In this document: positions 25,120 through 35,200 of the stretch, in pieces
Position numbering within the stretch: position 1 is the first letter of the stretch
Layout: each line of letters begins with the position of its first letter
DNA from: Candidatus Nanoarchaeia archaeon
GTDB lineage: Archaea; Nanobdellota; Nanobdellia; Woesearchaeales; UBA10216
Reading direction: 5' to 3'
NCBI GenBank assembly: GCA_028279045.1
Contig: JANQSZ010000023.1
Location: forward strand, 248-64,247
DNA length: 64,000 nucleotides
The notes under the pieces: model-generated
The model's database searches: none
Seen by the model: only the letters and a program-made list of their open reading frames with translations
Told to the model about the DNA's origin: nothing
Made by a program: the position numbers and the translations under genes

Positions 25120-25521
25120 CTAAGATATCATTCGTTTAACCAATCCAGCGCCTATGCCAACACCATAATATATCGTTGATATTTTGTTGACGACCTGGAT
25201 AGAGCCTTCATAGGCTTCAACATTCTCTCCGATTGCCTCATGAAAGCGATCTCGTGATTTCGGTTCAGAAGTATAGTAATGACCATCTAGTCTGGATTGT
25301 TCTCCTCTCGGTGCGAGCAAAGAATCAAGTGTGCCTGCTGCGGAACGAGCTAGCATCAGTGCGGTGTTTATACTGGCAATTTTTCGTTCTGTGAAGAATC
25401 CTTCATTCCCTCTTCCGCGGTTATAACCAGCCAAAAAAGAGCCCACAACTGCATTCGTAATGGCAGCGTTTGGCAATGTCGAATCGACAACGTCCATTAT
25501 TGTCTCTCTACGGTTTGAGAT
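25120..25521 (-). CDS. hypothetical protein
   Basis: Start moved to an internal Met (MISNRRETIMDVV...) because the longer ORF overlaps the histone gene. Confidence 0.35.
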   Translation of the reverse strand: MSNRRETIMDVVDSTLPNAAITNAVVGSFLAGYNRGRGNEGFFTERKIASINTALMLARSAAGTLDSLLAPRGEQSRLDGHYYTSEPKSRDRFHEAIGENVEAYEGSIQVVNKISTIYYGVGIGAGLVKRMIS

Positions 25522-25552
25522 CATAGAATAGGCGAACCAACTCAGCTTTAAA

Positions 25553-25765
25553 TTACTTATGTGCAATGCGAATATCTGCGTCGTGAATGGTCTTTCTTCC
25601 CGCATGTCGAGCAACATCAGCTGCTCGCTTTGCAAGTTCTTCTCCACGGTCCGTTAACACAGAAACAAACGCTTCTACAGCCTCGGCACTCACGCGTTTC
25701 GCCCCTGCATTCATCAGAATTCGTGCTGCAGGTGCGTTCGGAATTGCGTTTGATCGCTTTGGCAT
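25553..25765 (-). CDS. archaeal histone (HMf-like histone fold)
   Basis: 70 aa: MPKRSNAIPNAPAARILMNAGAKRVSAEAVEAFVSVLTDRGEELAKRAADVARHAGRKTIHDADIRIAHK matches the archaeal histone consensus (LP.API.RI...AGA.RVS..A......E.....A...A.HAGRKTV...DI.LA). Confidence 0.8.
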   Translation of the reverse strand: MPKRSNAIPNAPAARILMNAGAKRVSAEAVEAFVSVLTDRGEELAKRAADVARHAGRKTIHDADIRIAHK

Positions 25766-25807
25766 AGATCGAAATCTACATCAATCCCTTATAAACGTTG
25801 TGGTACA

Positions 25808-25820
25808 AACCTTTAAATGC
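25808..25820 (+). promoter_or_regulatory. TATA box (CTTTAAATG) 24-30 nt upstream of the GluRS start
   Basis: AT-rich box at leaderless spacing. Confidence 0.4.
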
Positions 25821-25841
25821 TCGAATTCTTCCACTTCAGGG

Positions 25842-27497
25842 ATGGAACAGACAATTCGCAAATACGCTCTGCAAAATGCCCTTTTTCACGGCGGCAAAGC
25901 TCAGCAAGGTGCAGTCATCGGAAAAGTGCTGCAAGAGCATCCTGAGCAGAAAGCAAACGTGAAAGAGCTTGCTCCGCAAGTTGGCAAGATTGTTGCAGAA
26001 GTAAACGCACTTTCTTTAGAAGATCAAAAAGCAGAACTCGCTGGCCTAGCTCCAGAACTCATGGAAAAAAAGAAAGGAGAAAAGAAATCACTTCCCGAAT
26101 TAAGAAATGTCGATGGAAAAGTTACAACGCGTATTCCACCAGAACCAAGCAAGTATCTCCACTTAGGTCATGCGCTAAGTTTTCTTATCAATCAAATGTA
26201 TGCTGAAAAGTACGACGGTACAGCAATCGTTCGTTTAGAAGATACCAATCCTGAAAAAAGTACACAAGAGTATGTGGAAGAAGTCATAAAAGATTTGACA
26301 TATCTTGGCATCACACAAAAACCAACATACGTAAGCGATGACATGCCAAACATGTTGAAGTACGCAGATCAACTAATCGATCAACACGACGCATACATTT
26401 GCAGTTGCGATAGAGAAACGTCCAGCAAGTTAAGAAAAGCAGGACAAGCATGCGAGCACAGAAACCGCACCGTCGAGCAGAACACGAAAGAGTGGAAGGA
26501 TATGCAGTCTGGAAACGTCCCCGAAGGTGCAATGGTACTTCGGTTCAAAGGAAACATGGAATCCAACAATCATGCGATGCGCGATCCTGCTATTTGGCGA
26601 ATTACGAAAACAAAACATTACAAACAAGGAAACAAATACAACGTCTGGCCGCTCTATGATTTTGAAAATGCTGTTGAAGATGCATCAACCGGCGTCACTC
26701 ACGTGTTGAGAAGCATCGAATTTGGAGAGATGCGTGTTGAATTACAAAACGCAATCAAAAAAGCTCTCGATCTTCCTCTACAAGAGTTCACGCAATACGG
26801 CAGGTTCATGGTAAAGGATGCACTAACAAAAGGTCGTGAAATCCGCGAACTCATTCAATCAGGAGAAATTCAGAGTTGGGATGATCCGCGCTTGATGACA
26901 ATTCGAGCATTACAGCGTCGAGGCATTCAACCAGAAGCGTTTCGCGAATTGGCAGTAGAAGTTGGCTTGTCAAAAACACCAACAACGCTAGATTTTAGTT
27001 TGATCGCTGCAGTCAACAGAAAAATTGTTGACGCCACAGCAAATAGGTACTTCTTTGTGAAGGATCCAGAAGAAGTCATCATCACAGGAGCACCAAAACA
27101 ATCTCTGCTCCTCAAAGAACATCCAGGAAAAGAAACACGTTCGCGAAGTTTTGATACTGATAACGAATATCTTGTTGAAAAGGACGCAATTACCGATGAA
27201 TTGATTCGTTTGATGGATTGCATCAACGTCAAAAAAGAAAGTGAAGTGATTCGCTTCGACAGTATTGAGCACGAAAAGTTCAAAGATGCAGGAAGCAAAA
27301 CAATTGTGTGGCTTCCAAAGAATGCAAAAAATATTCCTGTAGAAATCTTGATGCCCGACGCAACGAAAATAAAAGGGTTTGCTGAAGAACACATCCGCAA
27401 CGAAGATATTGGAAATGTTGTTCAGTTTGTCAAGTTTGGTTTCTGCAAGTTAGAGGAAAAAGCAGACATATACAGATTCATATTCAGCCACGAGTGA
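25842..27497 (+). CDS. gltX: glutamyl-tRNA synthetase, archaeal type
   Basis: Start at MEQTIRKY. The ORF-track start at 25587 lies inside the opposite-strand histone gene. HIGH motif as HLGH (KYLHLGHALSF). Class I Glx-RS catalytic and anticodon-binding architecture, about 550 aa. Confidence 0.85.
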   Translation: MEQTIRKYALQNALFHGGKAQQGAVIGKVLQEHPEQKANVKELAPQVGKIVAEVNALSLEDQKAELAGLAPELMEKKKGEKKSLPELRNVDGKVTTRIPPEPSKYLHLGHALSFLINQMYAEKYDGTAIVRLEDTNPEKSTQEYVEEVIKDLTYLGITQKPTYVSDDMPNMLKYADQLIDQHDAYICSCDRETSSKLRKAGQACEHRNRTVEQNTKEWKDMQSGNVPEGAMVLRFKGNMESNNHAMRDPAIWRITKTKHYKQGNKYNVWPLYDFENAVEDASTGVTHVLRSIEFGEMRVELQNAIKKALDLPLQEFTQYGRFMVKDALTKGREIRELIQSGEIQSWDDPRLMTIRALQRRGIQPEAFRELAVEVGLSKTPTTLDFSLIAAVNRKIVDATANRYFFVKDPEEVIITGAPKQSLLLKEHPGKETRSRSFDTDNEYLVEKDAITDELIRLMDCINVKKESEVIRFDSIEHEKFKDAGSKTIVWLPKNAKNIPVEILMPDATKIKGFAEEHIRNEDIGNVVQFVKFGFCKLEEKADIYRFIFSHE

Positions 27498-27506
27498 GGT
27501 GATCAT

Positions 27507-27701
27507 ATGCCATTAGTTGTAGTGAAATCCCAAATTGCAGGAATCGTTAAGAAGATTAACGACGAGAAAGGGTATCGTGTAGACAACGTCACGACAGACT
27601 TCGCACCAGAACTGGATAGAAAAGTGCGCCAGTTAATCGAGACTGCTGTTGAGCGTGCTCATGCAAACAACCGTAGAACATTAATGGGAAGAGATGTTTA
27701 G
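27507..27701 (+). CDS. histone-fold protein (archaeal histone-like, extended N-terminus)
   Basis: 64 aa: ...IAGIVKKINDEKGYRVDNVTTDFAPELDRKVRQLIETAVERAHANNRRTLMGRDV follows the histone-fold spacing. SD-like GAGGTGA lies 7 nt upstream, so it is probably co-transcribed with gltX. Confidence 0.5.
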   Translation: MPLVVVKSQIAGIVKKINDEKGYRVDNVTTDFAPELDRKVRQLIETAVERAHANNRRTLMGRDV

Positions 27702-27858
27702 GAGACGTTAAGCAATTCTTGGATTCTTCCGAGGAGTTTTGCTTTGTCTTCCTCCTTCATCTCTGAATCCATAACTTTTTTCTTGTAGGCTTCAAGCTGT
27801 TCACGGATCTCTTCTTTCTTCGCAGCTTTGTTCAACGCTTTCAGAACTCGTAAATCAT

Positions 27859-28209
27859 TCATTTGATTGGCGGCGGAGCCTTCGCACCAAGGTCTGGCAT
27901 CGGATTCCGTCCTGTCCGTGCAGCAAGTTTTGGTAAGTGTTCATGGTGCAACTCGAGCAGCTTCAAGATTGCTTTTGCAATATCTTCATTCTGCCCGATC
28001 AGCGTATCAAGTTTCGCAGACAAGTTAATTTTGGAGTCAGATTCCAAATCAACGTTGGCTTGCTTAACAATTTTTAGTAGTTTCTGTATAGAATCGTTCA
28101 ATTCGTTGATTGATTGCTTCAAATCAGGTGATGCAGCGTCAACTTTATCGTCACGTAATGCATTCAGCTTAGAACGAACTGCATCTAATTGCTCTTTTGT
28201 TTCATCCAA
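27859..28209 (-). CDS. coiled-coil protein, hypothetical
   Basis: 116 aa, heptad-like pattern throughout. Confidence 0.4.
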   Translation of the reverse strand: MDETKEQLDAVRSKLNALRDDKVDAASPDLKQSINELNDSIQKLLKIVKQANVDLESDSKINLSAKLDTLIGQNEDIAKAILKLLELHHEHLPKLAARTGRNPMPDLGAKAPPPIK

Positions 28210-28256
28210 GGTATCACACTCTTTTCTCTAACTAGTGCAACCTCGGTTTATATAAC

Positions 28257-28835
28257 TTACGCAACTTTATCAGAATCAAATCGATCAATAGTTCGAAGCT
28301 TAGCGCGAATGTCATCAACTGTTGCAGGGTCCTTTCCATCAAACCCCTTAATAGCCTGATGATAGTGTATACGTGCTGTCTCAAGCTGTCCTTCTCTGAT
28401 CAGCAAATTTCCAAGAAGTTCATGAGCTCGAGGGTTGTAGGCATCGTCGATTACAGCATCTTCCAAGAAAGTCATAGCTGATGCGTCATCACCAAGTTCC
28501 ATGGATATTTCTGCTCGCATTCTCAAGATTGTCGATCGTTGAATTGGGTCAGTTTCATAGTAGTAGGAATCTTCAAGTGCTTCCTCAGCCCGCTCCCAAT
28601 CTCCAAATTGCATGGAGATATCAGCCCGTTGAGTGTACTTAGCAGTGCCTTTTGGGTCAATGTTGAAGGCAAAATCAAAGAGTACACGAGCACTTTTTAG
28701 GTATCGCTCATAGATATCAAAATCAGAAGCAAGGTAGTGATCTGCTAGTGCGTGGATCTGCAAAGCTCTACTTCTCACAGCCTCCAGCGTACCTTCTGCG
28801 TCCTTGAATGCCTCTTCATAGCTAATATCTGCCAT
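28257..28835 (-). CDS. tetratricopeptide (TPR) repeat protein
   Basis: 192 aa with four or five 34-residue units of the W-LG-Y-A-F-P signature (AEEALEDSYYYET..., AMTFLEDAVIDDAYNPRAHELLGNLLIREGQLETARIHYHQAIK). Confidence 0.7.
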   Translation of the reverse strand: MADISYEEAFKDAEGTLEAVRSRALQIHALADHYLASDFDIYERYLKSARVLFDFAFNIDPKGTAKYTQRADISMQFGDWERAEEALEDSYYYETDPIQRSTILRMRAEISMELGDDASAMTFLEDAVIDDAYNPRAHELLGNLLIREGQLETARIHYHQAIKGFDGKDPATVDDIRAKLRTIDRFDSDKVA

Positions 28836-28855
28836 AGAAGGAGCGCACTAATCAG

Positions 28856-28869
28856 CCCTTTATAAAGCT
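28856..28869 (-). promoter_or_regulatory. TATA box (GCTTTATAAAGGG on the minus strand) 24-33 nt upstream of the TPR gene
   Basis: Same motif at the correct spacing. Confidence 0.45.
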
Positions 28870-28914
28870 TACGGTTAGTAGTCACTATTGAGTGGTAATT
28901 GTAGGGAAGCTACC

Positions 28915-30558
28915 CTACATCATACCTGGCATGCCTGGTGGCATTCCACCCATTCCACCCATATCAGGAGCAGGCGCACCAGATCCGCTTGATGCAATAA
29001 CATCATCAATACGCAAGATCATAGTTGCTACTTCCGAACTTGAGCTTACAGCTTGTGTCTTCACCTTGAGTGGTTCCAACACGCCAAGCTGCCATGAGTC
29101 AACTACCTTACCAGTAAACACATCGATACCTGCCCATTTCTGACCACCGTCATGCGCTGATTTCAATTCTGTCAACACATCAATTGGGTCAAGGCCAGCA
29201 TTTTCTGCGAGTGTAATTGGAATGACTTCAATTGCATCTGCAAAGGAAAGTACTGCCAATTGCTCGCGTCCAGAAAGTGATTGTGCATATTGTCGAAGTC
29301 CTTTTGCAAGTGCAACTTCAGGTGCACCTCCGCCAGCAACAACTTTGCCGCTCAAAATTGCAGCACGCAAGTCACCAATTGCATCTTCAACAGCGCGCTT
29401 AACTTCATCAACAATGTGATTCGTTCCGCCGCGAATAAGCATAGTAACTGCTTTTGCGTTAGGACAATCTTGTACAAACGTCATGTCTTCATCGCCAACA
29501 TGCTTTGAATCAACACTGCCTGCACTACCAAGGTCTGTTCCACTCAATTCTTTCAAGTTTGAAACAACTTTGCCGCCAGTAGCACGTGCAAGTTTTTCCA
29601 TGTCTGACTTGCTAACTCTTCGTACAGCGTAAATTCCTTTCTTTGCAAGGAAGTGTTGTGCAATGTCATCAATACCTTTCTGACAGAATAACACATTTGC
29701 TCCTGATGCTGCAATCTTCTCAACTTTTTCTTGCAACATTTTTTCTTCCATATCAAGGAATGCTTGAAGCTGTGCAGGATCATTGATCTGCACTTTTGTA
29801 TCTGTTTCAGGACTCTTAACTTCAATTGCCACATCAACAAGTGCAACTTTTGCATTTGCAACATGATCTGGCATGTTTGGATGAACTTTCTCCTTGTCCA
29901 GAATAATACCTTGGACAAGTGAGCTCTCCTCGACGCTGCCGCCGACTTTCTTTTCAATCTTGATGTTTTCTTTATCGATAGCAGTTTCACTGCCAGTTTT
30001 ATCAATAACGCCAACAACTGCTTTAACAGCCATTTCTGAAAGGTGTGAACGTACGTGTTCTGCACTCTTCCCTGTCATTGCTGTAGCTGCAATCTTGTTC
30101 AGAATATCAGTATCCGTCTCCAAGACCGGTTCTGCCATGCCATTAAGGATTTCAATTGCCTTTTCAGAAGCAAGTTTGTAACCTCTTGCGATTACAGTTG
30201 GATGAATTTGCTTGTCAATAAGTGATTCTGCGTTTGTTAGCAAATCACCAGCAAGAATAACTGCAGTTGTCGTACCATCGCCAACTTCTTCTTCTTGTGT
30301 TTTTGCAATTTCTACAATCATTTTTGCAGAAGGGTGGTCAATGTTCATTTCTTCGAGAATAGTGACGCCGTCATTACTGATGACAACATCTCCCAAACTG
30401 TCTACCAACATCTTGTCCATTCCTTTTGGACCCAGAGTTGTGCGAACTGCATCAGCAACTGCCTTTGCAGCTTGAATATTCATGCGTTGTGCATTTCTTC
30501 CTGTTGTTTTTTGAGCTCCTTCACTCAAAACGAAAATTGGTTGTATTTGTTGTGTCAT
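28915..30558 (-). CDS. ths: thermosome subunit (group II chaperonin)
   Basis: 547 aa with [15 protein letters not shown], the ATP-binding motifs of the Cpn60/TCP-1 family and a Gly-Met tail ([13 protein letters not shown]). Confidence 0.9.
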   Translation of the reverse strand: MTQQIQPIFVLSEGAQKTTGRNAQRMNIQAAKAVADAVRTTLGPKGMDKMLVDSLGDVVISNDGVTILEEMNIDHPSAKMIVEIAKTQEEEVGDGTTTAVILAGDLLTNAESLIDKQIHPTVIARGYKLASEKAIEILNGMAEPVLETDTDILNKIAATAMTGKSAEHVRSHLSEMAVKAVVGVIDKTGSETAIDKENIKIEKKVGGSVEESSLVQGIILDKEKVHPNMPDHVANAKVALVDVAIEVKSPETDTKVQINDPAQLQAFLDMEEKMLQEKVEKIAASGANVLFCQKGIDDIAQHFLAKKGIYAVRRVSKSDMEKLARATGGKVVSNLKELSGTDLGSAGSVDSKHVGDEDMTFVQDCPNAKAVTMLIRGGTNHIVDEVKRAVEDAIGDLRAAILSGKVVAGGGAPEVALAKGLRQYAQSLSGREQLAVLSFADAIEVIPITLAENAGLDPIDVLTELKSAHDGGQKWAGIDVFTGKVVDSWQLGVLEPLKVKTQAVSSSSEVATMILRIDDVIASSGSGAPAPDMGGMGGMPPGMPGMM

Positions 30559-30567
30559 TATTCCTCC

Positions 30568-30906
30568 TTAGCCAAAGTAGTCTTGCTTGGCTTTTGTGCT
30601 GTTCTTTTTGTGATGATGATGGTCTTTCTCTGCTGCCTTAAGCGCAGCTGGTTTCTCAATCGGTCCGAACTTTTCTTCGAACTTCTTGACATTTTCAGAA
30701 AGTACAGAAATCAGTTCCTTCATCAAATAGGGCTCTACCTTTATGATAGAGTGGCTCGCAACTAAGCGAGGCTGTTGATTGTTCATGTCTACCCGCGGAG
30801 TAATACTCTTAAAGTCGATCACAAATCGCAATGGACTATGAGAAATACTCACTTCGTCAGCAGCAAATTCGCTGCCATTTTCTACATCTACTCGTGTTTC
30901 TGCCAT
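30568..30906 (-). CDS. hypothetical protein with His-rich C-terminus
   Basis: 112 aa. The 9-nt gap to the thermosome gene suggests co-transcription. Confidence 0.45.
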   Translation of the reverse strand: MAETRVDVENGSEFAADEVSISHSPLRFVIDFKSITPRVDMNNQQPRLVASHSIIKVEPYLMKELISVLSENVKKFEEKFGPIEKPAALKAAEKDHHHHKKNSTKAKQDYFG

Positions 30907-30977
30907 TAAAATCCCCTAGTTTCGCTGTCAACTGGTACTATATAAAGGTTGTGTTTATTCCAATACGATAAACAACA

Positions 30978-30990
30978 TCCTTTATAAACC
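30978..30990 (+). promoter_or_regulatory. TATA box (CCTTTATAAACC) 24-31 nt upstream of the ATG at 31012
   Basis: Same motif at the correct spacing. Confidence 0.45.
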
Positions 30991-31011
30991 CGTTCCCGCC
31001 TCTGAACCGCT

Positions 31012-31806
31012 ATGAATACCCAAGTTGCAGCCTACTCTGAAAGGAAGAGCACTTCAGTAATAGCAGGTTCTCACATGGTTCACATTGGTGCAACAATTGA
31101 CTACTTGTCAGATTCATCGGGTTTAAGCAATGCAGCAGTGAAGTACGTTCCTGATTTTGTAAATCGCGCAGTGAGAGAAACTGTAGAAGTGCGTCGTTCC
31201 ATCACAGATCTTGCAGCGTTTGTTGCCCCTCAAGAAGTAGAGTTTGTGATTAATGATCTTGCTGATGCGTTCAGAGGGTTAGATAATGGTCAAGCTTCCT
31301 CAGCACTAGGAGAAAGTATGGGGGGTGCATCGTTAATTGATGTGATCACATATGTCAAACCAAAACCCATCGCAACGCGATTCATGTTGGCAGTAACAGA
31401 CTATACGCGCCAAGGCGATCAGAGTGATAAAGAGGAAGCTCAAGTGTACATTTACGGAGTGGGCGATGTATTTGGATATCTTGTTGAAGGAGGTAAGCAG
31501 CAGAGAGTTCCTGTGAATCAGAACGTTTTGACTTCCCAGGGTGAGCTGCCAAGTTTATTCACCAGAGATACGCCAGCTCCCGTACCTACACCAGTTACGA
31601 TACGCTCAGGTAGTGCACTGGGGTTGTTTTCTCGAGAGTTTGGTTTACTAGATGAAGAACAAATCGTCAGTGTCCTAACAAGTGCGGAAACTGCAGAAAC
31701 TGCGGTCAACTATTTGAGAGATGAATTGGAAGGGAAAGTTCGCACAGGAGAAGATCCTAAATTGTATCCAGAAGATAACGCATTGCTTGTTCGTTTCTAT
31801 GACTAA
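31012..31806 (+). CDS. hypothetical protein
   Basis: 264-aa soluble protein; no family recognised. Confidence 0.45.
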   Translation: MNTQVAAYSERKSTSVIAGSHMVHIGATIDYLSDSSGLSNAAVKYVPDFVNRAVRETVEVRRSITDLAAFVAPQEVEFVINDLADAFRGLDNGQASSALGESMGGASLIDVITYVKPKPIATRFMLAVTDYTRQGDQSDKEEAQVYIYGVGDVFGYLVEGGKQQRVPVNQNVLTSQGELPSLFTRDTPAPVPTPVTIRSGSALGLFSREFGLLDEEQIVSVLTSAETAETAVNYLRDELEGKVRTGEDPKLYPEDNALLVRFYD

Positions 31807-32207
31807 TTCTTTCCCCGGTACCAACCAATGACAACCGGAGTTGCAATGATAGCACCTACTGCAATCCAGAAAAACGGATCGATATAGTATGCAAGAATAT
31901 CTACTGGTGCGCCTGCAATAAGTATCGTCGGCAAAATCAGTGCTGAATCAAGTAGCAAACCAACGCCAAAGAACACTAATCCCAAATACAGTCCATTCTG
32001 CAGGGTTGGTTTTTCTTTGTTGAAGAACCACCACGATATTGCACCGATAATGACGATACCAACCAGAATGTTAACTATCCACAGCGTTGCACCGACTTCC
32101 TCCCCGCCAAACACGTCAATTCCAAGTAAGCCTGCAACAGCAACGCCTGCTACAAAAGATACAATGTATGTTGCAATTCCAACAAGTATGGCAAGTTTCC
32201 AGTTCAA
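31803..32207 (-). CDS. integral membrane protein (4 TM helices)
   Basis: 134 aa. The 4-nt overlap with the upstream giant gene suggests an operon. Confidence 0.5.
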   Translation of the reverse strand: MNWKLAILVGIATYIVSFVAGVAVAGLLGIDVFGGEEVGATLWIVNILVGIVIIGAISWWFFNKEKPTLQNGLYLGLVFFGVGLLLDSALILPTILIAGAPVDILAYYIDPFFWIAVGAIIATPVVIGWYRGKN

Positions 32208-35200
32208 TCTTTTTTCCTCCCGTGGAATATGGCAAAGACAACAATTGCGATTATCAAGAGCGCAATGCCAATGAAAATTTCGAATGGGAATCGTGCTGGT
32301 TCATCAGGTATTGGTTCTGGAGGTTCAGGTTCAGGCTCTTCTTCTGCAATTTCTGGCGGTGCTGATGGCACATCAACGACTTCAACTTCTTCTTCAACTT
32401 CAACACCGATTGCAAATGTACTGAATCCTGGTGAGCGTGCTTCAAACACGTGGTTGAGCGAATCAGAGCTCACGAATTCTGTAGGGAGTGATTGCCATGC
32501 TCCTGTTGAGTATCGATACAAGATAACGTCTGCTACCGCTGCTCCTCGTTCACTTAGCCAGGTACGGTCAACGCTGAACGTAAGTACAACGTCATCGATT
32601 GCAGAACTTGGTATCTGCACGCTAATGTCAATAAACTCGTACACTTCTGCATCTAAGCTTCCGCCTTCGTCCGGTGCAGTATTTAATGTTGTAATGGCAA
32701 AGTCTGCGTTTTGCGCGATTGCTTTCATGTCAATGTCAATGTTGCGCAGTGCAATCTTTTCATTCGGAATAGCAAATGAGGTTGTTCCAACAGGCAGTTC
32801 TGTGTAGAACCGTGAGTACGTTACTCCTTTTGGTATGACCGCTGCGCCGCCACCGCCTCCTCCGCCAGAACTACCGCCGCCTCCACCGCCGCCGCTGCTT
32901 GAACTGCTCGGTGAAGTGCTTGCGAGGTATGATGAGAATCCTAGTCCGACGGCATCTGGTACAACACATGTTGTCGTTGTTGTACCTTCAACACAATCCA
33001 GGTTGTCCGTTACTGTTTGACAGTTTTCTCCAGAATCATCACAGTGTTGGATAACGTCGCCTGCTTCTGGAATAACAACAGTTACTTCCTCAACACCAGT
33101 CTTTTGTTTCAAGTTTTGGTATTGATTAGCATCAAAGCCAACGTAGTCATCTGCATTGACAAATTCAGATACATTGAGTGTTTGTTTTTCAAAGATATCC
33201 AGACCACTAAAGGTAATTTGTGATGAGTTATCTGGTTGTGAGATCGTGATGTTCAGATCACTCAGGTGTTCTGTGGATGCTTTCAATGCATACTGCCCGC
33301 TGTAGTTTGTCAAGTTAAGTTGCGGCATGTGTATGACCCATCCGTCTGGAATGTCAAGTTTGAACGTAACGTTTGAATGGCCTGTTGACGTGGTAACATT
33401 ACTACATCTACTGATTGCACAGTTTCCAGCAACATCACAGGATTGAAACTTATAGAAATAAGTAGTATTCGCACTCAATCCGTTAATATCTGCAACGTGG
33501 TGCGGTCTGTAATCAGTTAAGCTCTCATCATCAAGCAAGCCACCGTCCAAGATAGTTGTGTTGATGTTCTGACAGCTGCTGTTCTGGTTATAGAACAGAA
33601 CACTACCGTTTGCTGGTTCGTTAGTGTTGAAAATGAACGAGAGTTGTGTTGGTACTTTATTGTTGATCTTGGTCGATACAAAACTTGGCGAACTGCTGTC
33701 ATCCTCTGCGCTTGAGAAGCTTCCATCACAGAAGAATGGATCGTACGCGCAATCCAAGTCGTCGCAATCAGTCAGTCCGTCACCGTCGTTATCCACCGAG
33801 TCAACGCATGCTGGTCCGAATTCTCCTGGGAAGAATCCAAACTGTTTGAACTTAGTACATTGTGGGTCATCACGATCTTCAGGGTTTGCACAATCCACGA
33901 GTTCCGCGTCAATTCCTTTGAAGTCTGCTGTGTTTGGCCCGACAGTATCATTTACGTTTGTCGTACTTCCACCTGCATCAGCTGCAGTAGCATAGGTGCG
34001 CCATCCTTCTTCAGTGTTTACGTTTGATTTTGCCACAAAGGTATCCTTATCAATTCCAAACATTGCGATGCCGATTTCTCCACACGCAACTTGTCTATCG
34101 GTCTTGAACGGTACGTTACTTGCAACCCATGATCCGCTGCTACATTGTTGCGTTAGCGTTGTTACAGTAACATCTCCTGTTTGGTCTATTTGGGATACGA
34201 GTTTGAACAAGTACTCAAATCCTGCAAGACTAGTGTCGTCATCTGCTGTACATCCTCCCGTTTCAGTTCCGTCGGTGTCAAGATAAATATAGTATCGTGA
34301 TGTGTTTTCTCCTTGTCCTGTCCCTCCTGATGAGAGCGGTTGGTTCTTACAGTAAGATGATCCTGAAAGATCTGCAAGTTGGATACCGTAAATATATGCG
34401 TTTTCTGTCTTGAGCACACCCATTCCGTTGATGTCCACGAATTCTGAGCTAACATCGCCTGGTGGATCGATTGCTAGGATTACTGGCGGTCCTGATTCCA
34501 GGTCGCTAAAGAATTGTTGTTGGAATTGATCATCGCAGAATCCAGGTGCAGTGAGCACGCGAGTTGCGTTTGTACCGTCACCTGCAGTTGCTGATTCATT
34601 AGCATGTTCTCCAAGATTACCGTCGATAGCGACAGTTGCGACTTGACTCGTTGTCGAAACAATGGTGTTACCCAAAGTTCCATCAAGGTTGAGTTGATCA
34701 GTTGACACTTCCCAAAGCGCTTCAAGTTCTCCTGTTGTTGTGTTCAAGAAATAATGAACAGTGCTGCTATCACAAACACTCGTTCCGTACTGATCACAAA
34801 CACCTGCTTCACAACTAGCATTCGTGTAGTTGTATTGCATCAGTCGCGTTCCTTCGCAGTAGAGATAACTCACATTCTGATCAAAGGTTTGTGCGCTTTC
34901 GTTAGATTGAATCATGTATAAGTATGACGACGCTGAACTCAAGTTGTACGTCGAGACACCGGTTCCTTCAATAGGTTTCTGCAATCCAAATGCAATCCAT
35001 TGTGTTCCTGGTTGATGGAAATCTTCTGGGCTCGTTGATCCGTTCAATGCTTTGAGTGGTCCGAAAGGTTGTGTTTCCCAGACGCAATTGCTGTTAGCTT
35101 GACAAGACGCAATGTCTCCATCATCATCTGGGCATCCTCCGATGAAATTGGCTGGTGCACACAAACCGGCTTGCCAGACACAGCTTCCTGCAGCAAGTGT

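Noticed and set aside
25587-25841. Upstream extension of the GluRS ORF (start at 25587)
   Set aside because: It overlaps the opposite-strand archaeal histone gene. The internal ATG at 25842 is preceded by a TATA box at the standard distance.
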